Positions 38,620 through 53,436 of a stretch of DNA of 64,000 nt are shown piece by piece. The translations under genes were made by a program, and so were the position numbers. Source of the stretch: Octopus sinensis (Eukaryota); assembly GCF_006345805.1 (NCBI RefSeq), contig NC_043004.1:43400001-43464000 (forward strand). The letters are read 5' to 3'. Within the stretch, counting starts at the first letter, position 1; each line of letters starts with the position of its first letter. The notes under the pieces are model-generated. The model saw only the letters and a program-made list of their open reading frames with translations, ran no database searches and was not told the origin of the DNA.

Positions 38620-39662
38620 CAGAGCTATGGCCATGCTGATGCACCGCCGTTTTGCTACATTGTTATTACTAAGAGCCTCCTCTAATATATAGCTACCCTC
38701 ATTTGCACCTCTTACCGTGAGGAAGGTTCATCTGGGACTCTCGACAGCAACAGGTCCATCTTTAATTTTAAATCCCCTACATCTACTTTGTGCATGTTCC
38801 TCAGACTCTTTGGGAGAATATTAAAACGCTGTGGGCCCTTGAAAAGCAGGCTGTTGCAGTAACTGGTCCTGAAGCGTGATGGTATTACCGGGACCTTTGG
38901 CAATATGCAGTGTCGTCCCGTTCTGGCATTGGTGTAACTTTCAATAAGAAAATTTGACACAATTCCTTCCTGAATCTTCCTGATATAATTACTGCATACC
39001 GCTTCCGTCTTCTCTCCAGAGAGTAGAGTCTCAACTGTTTCAACATTTCCCAGTAGCTTAGCTGTGGCAAAGAGACGATCTTCTTTGTCAATCTTCTCTG
39101 GGTTGCTTCAAGATCCGCTGTTAATTTCACACTGATGGGTGACCATAGCTGTGAGCAGTAATCCAGGCGGCTGAGGACGAATGTCTGCCAGAGACCCATC
39201 ATGGTTTCCGTATCTCTGGTCCTGAATATTCTTAGGATCCATCAAGTCTATTGTCTGCACCTTGTCGCCATTCCGGTAAGAGGTATCATCAATCATGTCG
39301 ATACAGAAGTCCCTCACTGACTTAGGCTCTGGGATTGAAATTCCCTGTGGACAACGTCACCTGTAAAGTTCATATTCAGTTTTGGATGCTGGTAGCGCAG
39401 GGTTTAGAATTTTTCAGCATTAAACTGCATATTATTATCCTCAGCCCATCTGTAAATTGAGTCCAAATCCTGCTGCAGGTGTGCAATATCGCTGGGGGTT
39501 CTGTATTTTCTGAAAGACTATCGTATCATCGGCATAGCTTGCAAGGGTGGCTATCCGGGCGTTTGAGGGCATATATGAGGGGCCACTAGAAAAAGCAGTA
39601 GTCAAGAGACAGTGTCCAGTGGAACACTGCTCACTATGTGTATGTTCATAGAGGTGGCTCCA
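38620..39662 (-). mobile_element. Decayed CR1-clade LINE 3' fragment, same family as 3695-4723
   Basis: Minus strand SYADD, LDYCSQLWSP, LSYWEMLKQLRLYSLERRR, FNILPKSLRN, VPDEP; same 3' end ggcggtgca.cagcatggcc. Confidence 0.85.
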
Positions 39663-39664
39663 TA

Positions 39665-41986
<2,322 letters not shown>

Positions 41987-43331
41987 AGCAGAAGACACTT
42001 GCCCAATGTACCACGCAGTGGGACTGAAACAAGCTACTTACCACACAGCCACTCCTGCGCCTATGTATAACATACGATTCTTTATATTAGTGTTGATGCT
42101 TAATCAATGTCAGGACCGAGTGAGATATGTTATGTACATCTATTGTGAGTCTATAACTACATTATTCTATTGCATCAGTTGGATTCCAAAATCTACAAAA
42201 AGCTTTCTTTGTTGGTTTAACATATTCACATTTTTGAGCATGATCTGTCTTTTCAAATAAGCAGCTTTAAAATTTCTATGATGTTTCAAAACTGTTTTAA
42301 TTTATTTATTTAAATGCACCGAAATATGTACATTATGGAAATGAATCATCCAAAATATTTAATTTTGAGCAATTAAAGTGTTAAATGAGATGGCATTAAA
42401 TTTCGATGTAAATTCTTCGGTAAATTAAATATATCAATTTCAGAAAATATTGTTGTGATTTGTTAAAGAACGTGGATTGTTTACTTGAAAACAAACAATC
42501 TATCATTAAAGTAATATTTATTCAACATATCCAGTTTGCTATGCAAGGTCGTTTTGTATATTTTCAATTCCCATTCATCAAATGCATAGGGATTATTTGT
42601 ATTGACTTCTGCAAGAGAAACTTTGGAAGATATATTGCGTGAAGCCGCACAGGACAAAATATTTCTGTAGAAAAAAACGTAATAATTGAGTGCTATCTTT
42701 ATTAAACGATTCGTTAGAGAACATTAGATTATACGTGTGATGTTTTAATCAGGCTGCTGCACTGAATACGGAGGAGGTTATACTAAGTTCCATAAATGTT
42801 ATGAGTATATACTTCCGCACTCTTCCTCTTTGTTTCAAACTGAAAAAGATAAACACTTGCCAGAGTTTCAGAGGGAATGTTTATGAAATTACGAGTGTGC
42901 ATTAAACGTGTATAAATGTATGCGACAATGGGCGTGTATTTGAAATGCGTTTTAAAGTTATATAATAAATGAATGCAGTTCTTGCATGTTCTTTTCAATA
43001 TAACCAATGTCATAATTCATTTTGTTCCATTGAGCTCCTGCGCCTCTCTCATCCACTTTGTCCCCTCAATCAATATATCGTCACATGAAAGATTCCAAAG
43101 TTTTACAAGCAATGCTGCCCCCTCATAAAATCGATTTCAATTAATAATACAATTAACCTTTCATTCATAACATATGTCTCAGTCATCAAATAATAAGCCA
43201 TAATATATAATAGATCTTCCTCGCATTTAAAGTTTACTTGGATATACACCTTTATACATACTCTGATTTAAATTCTAATACCTAAATGTAATCGGATTTT
43301 ACAGTCTTAATACCCAGTATATAGGTAGCCT

Positions 43332-43500
43332 CCTACCTACCTGCTTACCTACCTACCTACCTACCTACCTACCTACCTACCTACCTACCTACCTACCTAC
43401 CTACCTACCTACCTACCTACCTACCTACCTGCCTGCCTGCCTACCTACCTACCTACCTACCTACCTACCTACATACATACATACCTACCTACCTACCTAC
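43332..43500. repeat. (CTAC)n microsatellite
   Basis: Direct reading. Confidence 0.95.
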
Positions 43501-44321
43501 CAATCTTCATACATATATACATGTATGTGTGTGTATGAATGTCGACGTAACATCATACCAGAATCAAATAAATGTTAATATTTTCCATCGTATAGTTTTA
43601 ATATTTTTTGCGCTCTATATTTCCTCTCTATATTTACATGAGTTGTAACCTTTTAGTTTGAAAATCATCTCATAAGTTCATACATTCTTCGATTTTACTA
43701 TTTTTAGGGAACGCAAACCTCTCTTTTATGTCATAAATACTCTTCAGCCTAACATTGAACTCAATATATTCCACTTTTTTTGTATAAATATAGTATTCCT
43801 TGCGAGTGTAATAATATTCGACTGATATTTCACATCATCTTTGTATATGAAATAAACAATCGCAATCAGGTATTCCAATCGCAAGATGCAGTCCTGTAAT
43901 TAGCAAATGGTTACATATTTTCTCATACGCCGATCGCGGGATAATTTTGTATGATAGCATATCTTTGATATTGTACACAAAATATTTGCTTGCCTGTCTA
44001 TAGCAGTATATACAGAAGACGTGCGTTAACGCTACGGAAATGACTTTTTGTTAATCATAAAATCATATCCTACGTTAATATATAGCATTCATATTGCATA
44101 TGAAGCATCATCTGATTTGAAGATTTTGCTTTTGTAAAAAGGAAACAAATATCTGGCTCTAAGCACGTTGTGAAATGTGATACGTTAGAAAATGTTGTAA
44201 AGAGACTTTATCTACTTCAAGATTTGCATACTTTATATAATCTGTGCAGCGTTTTATATTGGGTTCAATACACACTAATTCGGCTGCTGCAGTGGGACAC
44301 ATAGAGTCATATATATATATA

Positions 44322-44434
44322 TACACTACCGTCAGAAATTAATTAGCACCCTTGATTTGCTCTTCACTCAAGGTATTTGCTGTCACCTAATGTAGAAATT
44401 TGAGAAGTGCTAATTAATTTCCGACGCAAGTGTA
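44322..44434. mobile_element. ~110-bp Tc1-type MITE
   Basis: tacactaccgtcagaaattaattagcac ... gtgctaattaatttccgacgcaagtgta: 28-bp inverted repeat including TA flanks, 3 mismatches. Confidence 0.7.
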
Positions 44435-44447
44435 CATATATATATAT

Positions 44448-44743
44448 GGAGGCGCATTGGTTAGGGCAGCGGACTCGCGGTCGTGGGTCGCGGTTTCGAT
44501 TCCCAGACCGGGCGTTGTGAGTGTTTATTAAGCGAAAACACCTAAAGCTCCACGCGTCTCCGACAGGTGGTGGTGGCGATCCCTGCTGTACTCTTTCGCC
44601 ACAACTTTCTCTCACTCTTTCTTCTGTTGGCCTGCTCGCTTAGCCAGCGGAGTGGTGTCATTCGAAGGCTAAAGCAATGCGAACGCATTGTGACCAGCAA
44701 TGTGTAGCAACATCGAGGGTCTGGTCGGTCACGTGATCACGTG

Positions 44744-44745
<2 letters not shown>
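44448..44745 (+). mobile_element. tRNA SINE with family-1-like head and a different 3' tail
   Basis: ggttagggcagcggactcgcggtc...ctctttcgccacaactttctctcactcttt, then an unrelated tail ending gatcacgtgat. Confidence 0.8.
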
Positions 44746-44778
<33 letters not shown>

Positions 44779-45127
44779 ATATATATTACTATATTAAACA
44801 GAAGAAAAGTGATATAAACATTTTAGAAACTGTTCATAGTAATGACAATAAACGATACTATATTTCTTTGATTAAAAGGAGAAAAAAAACTGTTTACATC
44901 ATATACCGTTGTAGTGGTTTAAAGATCGCTTTATTTTGGTTTAAAATATTGTTATTTCAAAATCAATAATATAATGGTTCTTAACGGAAAAGAGACTAGA
45001 CACAACAATAAAAAATAATTGTTTTAAATATTAATAAATCATAAGACTCAATACAACTAAAATACTACATCCGGAATATGTTCATTTATAGATAAAAATA
45101 GTAAACTTCATGTTCAAATTGTGTGTG

Positions 45128-45190
<63 letters not shown>

Positions 45191-45835
45191 ACGCGAACGC
45201 GCGTCAAATATTCAACGAAAGTAAAGAAATGTAAAGAAATAAACAAGCTAGGAGACTCAAATGGAAGATATTTATTTATTTCAGAAGTATATTGCTAATT
45301 GTAGATCTTCGCATTATAATATCTTGATGCAGCTTATTCCAAAATTTCATTAGACAAAATTAAATTGAAGAGAAGCCACGGAATATCGGATAAATATCTA
45401 TTGTAATAATTTGCTTGCTTTTTATGTCACTACTTTAAATATATTTGTTAAATTTTACACCTACGAAAGTAATGTTTTATTATAATTTATATACTATCCG
45501 TTTCTTTTCACCCACTGACGACAATCATACCGTTTCAATGTATGAAATGAACGAACATTGGACATAGCAGAATAATTTCGACTTGAATATTTGACTTTAT
45601 AATTAACCAGAATAAATCCAAGAATTTAAAGCAAGATATAAAATAGACTATAACAAGGGTATTTTTCCACATCTACTTTATATCATTAATTCACATTGAA
45701 CGTTATTGTTAATTTCATTGCGCATTTTAATAAGACATCCAAAATAAGAACACGTGCACTATGTAAATGAGTGGAAAAGTGTTTCCTGTATGTTTTCTGC
45801 ATTTTCCGAGATGCTTATTCCTCACACATACACAC

Positions 45836-45925
<90 letters not shown>

Positions 45926-46059
45926 CACATATATGTATGAGTGAGACCATATGTGAGTGTGTGACTGTATGTGTGTGTATGTGTGTGTATGTGTGCGCGT
46001 ATGTTTCTATAAACTCATACAGAGAGTGAGAAATACATAATATATATATATATATATAT

Positions 46060-49000
46060 ATTCAGAAATAAACGAAAGAAATCTGGAAAAAGAGGCACAC
46101 CGAAAAAGAGAAGAGATACAGAAGACATGGAAAAAACTCCTTAACATAAGAATACAAAACTTCTGGAAGGCATATAAATGCGAAAAATATGCTGAAATAC
46201 ATTCGAAATGGATATCTTTAGCGGCACCCATACTTCCTCGGAAGTACCTAATTAAAGAAATTGCAGGAGAACCAGAGGAAGAAACTAAACTTCGATGGGA
46301 CCTTAGTTTGATAAAATTCAGGACCGACATCTCCATTACCCTGTCTAAACAATCCCGCTACAAAGCCAAATACGAAGCTATCGATGATCAAATCAGAGAT
46401 GAAATATCCAAACTAACGACCGGCAATATAGCAGAAAAAATGCGAGAACTATGGATCAGAGATATCTCAAAAGAAGAAAGCAGATCAAGAAAGTTTTGGC
46501 AGCGGAAACAATTATTTCTCGACAAATATGCTACTAACTACGGTAAAGACAACAGAGCTCCGAGAAATAGCATTAAAAGTGGACAACCTCACCAACGCAA
46601 CATACACCAGAACACGTGGCAACATGAACACCTGTTTCACCACGAATCGAAGACGAACTACGGTAAGAACTCTTCCCATTTTGTATGCAAACACCCCAAT
46701 GCACACAACATGAACAAAAAGCACAAACAAAATAGATATTGTTTTGAACAGACCATTAGCAGTAGAAATAACAGGAGATCATTTTCAAGACCTCAACAGA
46801 GATTACCCACAAGAAACTGGACAAAAAACCGATCTAGATCTAGAAGTAAACCCAGATCATTTCTCCAGGTGGTTAAAAACAATGCTAACAAGAAATTGAA
46901 AAGTAGCATACATAATACCAAAAACAAGACAGAAAACATAACGAAACCAAGTAAAGTACCACAACCAAAACGCAAAATTCATCAAGCAAACATCAACAGG
47001 AATATAAATCATAACCAGAAAAAAATCCATTTTTTTACGTCAGGACAACAAACACCGGAGAAAGAAAAAATCCAAGAGGAAACATACCCCAAACAACTGA
47101 ACGTATAGATCCTAAAATAATTAATTTATCAAAAAGAGATCTTGACAATGATGAAATCCAACTTCTGTCAAAAGGACTGAAATTCACACCTACACCAACA
47201 GCCAACCACCAAGAATTAAAGGAGGATATCCAAAAATTCTGTCGAAAATTACGACTTGTAGAATTCTTCGCTAACAAAAGTAATGAGATTGATGAATCCC
47301 TAGTAAGGAATAAATCAAATTTCACCCCACCAAAAGGAAGAAATAACTACCTTGACCAATACATTGATATCCTGTCTAAATTTCCCCTTAGACGCAATAC
47401 CAATGTTAGGCCAAACATTAGCAAATCAGAGATGTCTGCATGTAAACGTATACAAAACGATCAAACAATAATAATTAAACAAGCAGATAAGGTGGTGCAA
47501 TTGTTATTATGGATACCGAATACTATAAGGATTTGGTTGAAGACCAACTGAAGGATACAACCTTCTATTGTGAAATACCCGCAAATATAGACCACCACAA
47601 CATGAAAAAGATCAACAACCTGATTTCAACACACCACAACTCACTTACGGATAATGAAAAAGACTACATCACCAATTTTGAACCAAAACCCAGCAACTTC
47701 TACGGCTTACCAAAAATACACAAATCAAAAAACATTCAACAGGCAGTAAAAGAACAAGAAAGTGAGTACATAAAATTATTACATCCAAAAGACCTAAAAC
47801 TTAGACCTATTATAGCTGGTCCAGCATGCCCTACACACCGTCTAAGCAATTTTATTGACATTGTTTTGAAACCACTATGTACTTACATACCAAGTTTCAT
47901 CAGGGATGACATCGACTTCCTGTCCCATCTTCCCAAAACAACAGAAACAAATTCAGTTTTACTAAGTTTTGATGTGGTAAGCCTCTACACCAATATTCCA
48001 CACGATTTAGGAATAAAGGCGATTAAATACTGGTTAGAAAAACATAGAGAAGTGATTCCCAGCAGATTCACAGTGCCTTTTATATTAGACACAGTCAAGC
48101 TTATTCTAGAAAATAACACATTCTTCTTCAATGGAAAGAATTACATCCAAATTAGAGGCACGGCGATGGGAACGAGGTTTGCTCCCGTTTACGCCAACTC
48201 TGTAATGGGATACTTAGAAGAACAACTCTACCAAGAGGTGGAGGTAAACTATGGCACTGGGTTTAGAAAGTATATTGAAAAGGCATGGAAGAGATACCTA
48301 GACGACTGTTCATAATCTGGACAGAATCTCTAAATACTCTGGAAGAGTTCAATATCCTCCTGAACAACCTACACCCATCTCTCCAATTTACAAAGGAGAT
48401 GAGTAGTACCAAATTACCATTCCTGGATATAATGGTAATTAAAAAAGACACCACCATCACCACAGATATATACTATAAACACACAGACACACATCAATAC
48501 CTAAATTTTAAGTCGTGCCATCCACCACATACAAAACGTAACATCCCATACTGCCTAGCCAGAAGAATTTGTACTATTGTAGAAGATGCAAATATCAGGA
48601 ACAAACGCCTAATAGAACTAAGAGAATTTTTGCTCAAACAAAAATACCCATCTCTACTTATAGAAAATGGCATACAGCGGGCTATAAAAATACCTATACA
48701 ACAACTTAGGACAACCCAAGGAAGAGGAAAACAAGAACAAGTCATACCATTCATAGTGACACACAACCCATGTCACCAGAATATCTTCAACATTGCCAAA
48801 GCAAACCTACCAATCATTGCCCAAAGTAATGAATTAAAAGACATAATCACGGATCGAGCTATGGTGCTTAGTAAAAGACAGCCTAAAAACTTGAAAACAT
48901 TACTAACAAAGGCAAAATTTGACCTCAGCAACAAAGACCAAACATTCACGGTATCTAAATGCAATGATAGCCGATGTGGCACATGCCAATTCATACATAC

Positions 49001-49340
49001 CGGTCAATATATAAACACAAAAACCGGGAAAATATTCACAAACGCGAATATGAACTGCAAAAGCAGAAATTTAATTTACTGCATCAAATGCCCAAATTGT
49101 GAAGAAATATATGTAGGTCAGACGGGAAACGCACTATTAGAACGCTCACGTGTACACCGGCAACAGATTAGAGACCCAGAGGTCCGTCAGATACCTTTGA
49201 GTAACCACCTAGCAACATGTGGTCGGAAAATATATATAATATTTCCATTCTACAAATTACACAGCCCAAGTGAAATCGAGAGGAAAATCAGAGAAAAGAA
49301 TTTTATTGATAAATTCGAACCCAAGCTAAATAAGCAATAA
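46060..49340 (+). pseudogene. PLE RT-GIY-YIG polyprotein split into at least 4 frames
   Basis: ORF pieces about 46060-47108, about 47040-47500, 47509-48315 and 48285-49340; frameshifts at about 47491 (aag g[g]t ggt) and about 48310 (tgt t[t]c ata). Confidence 0.85.
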
Positions 49341-49651
49341 TAATAATAATAATACTTAGAGGTATTACTTCCACTGCTACGACCATGACCACTAACAACA
49401 ACAACAATACTAAAGGTGATCAAGACGAAGATAGCAGGAAAATTATCTTATTTAGGGTTAAAAGTTCTATTGCCATAACCATCACCACTAGCAACAATAA
49501 TTAAGGTGCTGACAATGATGATGATGACAATTGAAATATAAAAATATAAAAATCTCTGACAAAGGATATTTACAACATTTCTAAAAATAACCCAACAATT
49601 GCTGCTTCGGCCAGGGTCAAGATACAGGACTCTTGACATGTCCAACAAAGC

Positions 49652-49805
49652 GTGACGCCTAAACCAATCAGCTCAACCAACCAATCAGCTTAAGTAATTG
49701 AGTGATACTACACACTGATTGGTCAGAATACTGTTTGCAAAACCTAGCACTCTGGAGCCTACCCAGCTGTATTTATAGCACAGAATCAATCATCTTGCTA
49801 CAGTC
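49652..49805 (+). promoter_or_regulatory. Putative Pol II promoter in the PLE pLTR
   Basis: CCAATCAG at 49664 and 49681, reverse ATTGG at 49718, TATTTATA at 49770, Inr-like ACAGT about 30 nt downstream. Confidence 0.5.
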
Positions 49806-49841
49806 AAAAATTGTGAAGCATGACTGTCAACACTACTACAT

Positions 49842-49884
49842 GAACCCGAAGATTGCAGAATTCAATGCATGAAAGTACTAGTTC
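49842..49884 (+). ncRNA. Minimal hammerhead of the PLE pLTR (U4C variant)
   Basis: gaac-CCGAAGA-t tgca gaattcaa tgca t-GAAA GTAC TA-gttc; palindromic GTAC loop III. Confidence 0.65.
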
Positions 49885-50026
49885 AATCAGAATGAATATT
49901 TAACATTCTACTATTTCATTTTATTTTATTCAATTATAATATATTATCTTATAATATATCATTATAAGATTGTAAATAAAACGTGAAAATCAGACAAGGT
50001 TGGAATTCTTTTTATTATATATATAT

Positions 50027-50074
<48 letters not shown>

Positions 50075-50179
50075 ATATATACTTATACGCATGTACGCTA
50101 AATTAATATTCAATATCAGTGAAATGGAATTGTGAAAACATTAATACTCTTGTGAATAGGATATCGTAGTGTTTGTTTC

Positions 50180-50850
50180 ATTTACAGGTATTTTCCTATT
50201 TAGTTGAACCTCGGAAGTAGTCCTTGATTAAGTATTTTGACGTATTATTCTGAGTTTATGGTTCCAACGTATTCCATCAGCTCAGAACGACCATTGTTGG
50301 TAACAGCTCCCCATACCATTACAGATTTACCGCCACGTTTCACAGTTGGTTGGAGTCGTTTCAAATCAAATTCTCGATTAGGAAGCCTCCAGACCCAAAC
50401 ACGTCTAATGTCTGAAGATAATGCAAATCTGGATTCATATGAAAATTAACTGGATGTTTCTGAAACCTTCTTTGCCCATTTCTTTCTTTTCGTGATATGA
50501 ACTGCTTGAAGAAGGGTTTTTCTTCTAGCTGCTCATCCATAATTCCAAAGCTTATACAGATATGTAACAGACGTTCTTTGACTAACTCCTAGCTGTTTTG
50601 CAATGTCAGAAGCCTTCGGACGGAGTTCGTTTTCCACAATTCTTTTCCAATAGTGAAGCTTCCTTTCCGAGGGCCCAGGTCAGCCGAGATAAGTATCTGT
50701 GGATTCCTTTCTTTCGCTTTTGAATTGCACTATAATTCTATTAACAGTAGCAAGAGGAATTTGAAGATTTTCCGGCAATTTTTCGCTTGCTAAGACCAGC
50801 TTCAGATATTTAATATAATGGCACCGGGAATGAAAAATATAATTACATTG
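50180..50850 (-). mobile_element. Decayed Tc1 transposase fragment
   Basis: Minus strand KWAKK...FSYESRF...RVWVWR...[16 protein letters not shown]. Confidence 0.8.
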
Positions 50851-51897
50851 TAAATTCTACACCGCTGAAAACATATTAAGACGTTTAGATCAGAAATTTT
50901 GAAAATTAAAGGTGTCTATTTACTTCCTGCTTATCTGTGTGTATATAAATATCTGAGTTTGTGTGTGCTTTCACATGTTCGTAAAGGATATGAACTCAAA
51001 ATATATATATGATTGAGTTGGAAATATAAACAGGACTGCTGTATATTGTCTGTTGTCTAAATTAAGTAGTTAAATTGGTAGATACTTATACTAGGAAGCA
51101 ACGAATGTTACTCAAATGTTATTCCTCTATTAACGTTTATAGCCTACAGAATGGAGTATAAAAATAGAACCAAAGAATTACATCGTCATTTATCTGTAGC
51201 GTACGTAATATATTTTGTCTTGTCAGCCGTTATCTTCTAGAGTTCTGATGAATTGCTTTTCTTTTTTTTTATCTTACAAGTATGTAGTTTCTCATTTATT
51301 TTACGTAGAACTATTATATCATAAGTAACTGCCTGAAGCCGCAAATAGCTGTTATGCCTGAAGAAGAAGAAGAAAGTATTGTTTTATAATATATGCATTA
51401 ACACTTCATATAACCGAGCTTTATAATTTTATAAAAATGTGTAGAGCAATGACATCTGAAAACATTCATTACTTTCGGGACTTCACTAGACATGTTATAT
51501 TCAATATGTACTTTGTTTTGACAGACGTCCTGGTCCATGTCGTTATTAGGACAGATAAGCCTGTGAAAGCTTGATGCCAAATAATTCCAGTAACTACATC
51601 TAAGCAATATCAGTGTAAACACTGAGGTATGAATGGTAATATCAACGGATTTTTAGGTACATTTTCATTTGATAATATATTTTCCTATATTCAAACGCAC
51701 AACAAATGAAGGTTTTGCGATTGGTATTTATATCTATATCATTTCTAATTGATCATTCCAATAAATATAAGCCTTCTTAAACTGTCAATTGTATATATAT
51801 ATATATATATATATACAATTACAGCGTGGAAGGTGTTTATAAGCCATTTAAGAAACACACAAAAGCCGTTCGATTCACTTCAACATTTAAGTTTAAT

Positions 51898-51945
51898 TTG
51901 TCAAAATATTTTCGTCGCTAAAATCCGCGACCTGTTCACTGACAA
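51898..51945 (-). ncRNA. Mirror copy of the G3-C8 hammerhead
   Basis: ttgtca-GTGAACA-g-gtcgc ggatttta gcgac-GAAA ATAT TT-tgacaa; palindromic ATAT loop III. Confidence 0.7.
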
Positions 51946-51969
51946 TAATCCGTGCTGCATCACGGATTT

Positions 51970-52018
51970 TTGTCAGTGAACAGGTCGCGTTCTCAAAGCG
52001 ACGAAAATAATTTGACAA
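51970..52018 (+). ncRNA. Hammerhead-like motif with G3-C8 swapped core pair
   Basis: ttgtca-GTGAACA-g-gtcgc gttctcaaa gcgac-GAAA ataa TT-tgacaa: 6-bp stem I, 5-bp stem II. Confidence 0.7.
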
Positions 52019-52159
52019 ATTAAACTTAAATGTTGAAGTGAATCGAACGGTTTTTGTGTGTTTCTTAAATGGCTTATAAACACCTTCCACGCTGCAATTG
52101 TTTTCGTTTCAGCACACGATCTCAGATCAAATTACTTGCTATGCGAGTACATCTCCGTA

Positions 52160-52232
<73 letters not shown>

Positions 52233-52309
52233 TATGAGTACAGAAACTTCATAATGCTCCACATTTTACATGTACTGCACAACATGTTGGTAATATTTAT
52301 CAGCATACT

Positions 52310-52515
52310 TTTATGGGCTTGAGCTGGCAGAATCGCGAACACGCCGGACGGAATGCTGAGCAGCATTTCGTTCGTATTCACGTTTTGTGTTCACATTCCG
52401 CTGTGGTCGGCTTTGCCTGTCATGCCTCCGGGGGGTCAATAAAAGTTAGTGCCAGTAAAGTACTTGGGTTGATTACATCAACTTATCCCCTCCCCATAAA
52501 CTGCTAGTATTTTGC
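52310..52515 (+). mobile_element. Family 2 SINE (diverged)
   Basis: gagctggcagaatcg...gtcggctttgcctgtcatgcctccggggggtcaataaaa. Confidence 0.7.
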
Positions 52516-52759
52516 TAGAATGTGAAATCAATATTCATATGTGTTCTGTTATGGTTTTACGATAAAGATTTTCTCCCTTAGATTAAGGGATACTATTCCC
52601 ATAATATTGGGAAGCATGATGTGTTCACGTGACTCGTCGCATTGACTTTTGTTATCCTTAAAACAGAATAACCTACCAATCTCCATATACTGAAATTCTC
52701 TGTTTCAACAATTATTTAATCATTTTGGCATTTGTGTAAAGCGCACCTCACTTATCACA

Positions 52760-53436
52760 GAACCGGGAAATTTGATATTGTTCCAAGCCGATCCAGCTAG
52801 TTTCCTTGACAGTTTACTAAGCCAAAGTCAGTGTTAGCTTCTTCACTTGGAACCAGAGACAAAGAGCATCTGTTTCAAAGTAGGCTGAGGCCGTTTCATG
52901 TGCTAGGAAGGTGATGGCCTCCACATTTTAGAACACATTACGCGTTGTTTCTTGACTATCTTCAAAATGTCCACACCATAAATGAAGAGGACTACACAGA
53001 CTTACTAAGACAGTTACGAAAGGCTATGACCCAAGAGAGTGAGAAAAGGGATCTCGTTTCATCAAGAGAATGAATGCCCCAGCACACAAGTCATTGCTTT
53101 CAATGGCTGCTGTGCATGACAGAATCTTCAAACTGGTTGATTATACTTCATACTCACCTGATTGGCCCCATATGACTATCACTGCTTCCCCAATATGGAA
53201 AATGAATTACAAAATAACATATGACTGGGAAGCAGTGCCGCGGTGTCAAAGGCATCATATCTATTGTTGATGACATTTTAAACCAAAATAATCTTAGCTT
53301 CTTCACCAATATGATTCAATCACTGTCACCGACGGAAGAAGTGTGTGGACAGCAAGGTGGACTGTACTAAAAAATGATCCTCATTTTGTCAAATTCCATG
53401 AGAGAACGTTGGTCAGCCAATGAACTGTTTAGGCGT
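52760..53436 (+). mobile_element. Decayed mariner transposase 3' half
   Basis: ARKVMASTF...DYLQ...TIN...Y..LLRQLRKA...NAPAHKS...YSPD remnants. Confidence 0.75.

Larger units (their letters stand above)
46060..50005 (+). mobile_element. 5'-truncated Penelope-like retroelement (EN+), with 3' pLTR
   Basis: IINLS...LLSKGLKFTP, RPIIAG, FDVVSLYTNIP, QIRGTAMGTRFAP, WKRYLDD, Cys/His linker CNDSRCGTC, GIY-YIG NLIYCIKCPNCEEIYVGQTG, FEPKLN; (TA)n at both ends. Confidence 0.95.
51816..52160 (+). mobile_element. Fold-back pLTR: ~140-bp arms, 6-nt loop, one-sided ~60-bp tail
   Basis: 51816-51954 is the reverse complement of 51961-52100 with few mismatches; (TA)n on both sides. Confidence 0.9.

Noticed and set aside
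51473-51560. Possible minus-strand 88-nt exon (LICPNNDMDQDVCQNKVHIEYNMSSEVPK)
   Set aside because: Plausible splice sites, but two frames are open and there is no recognisable domain or partner exon.
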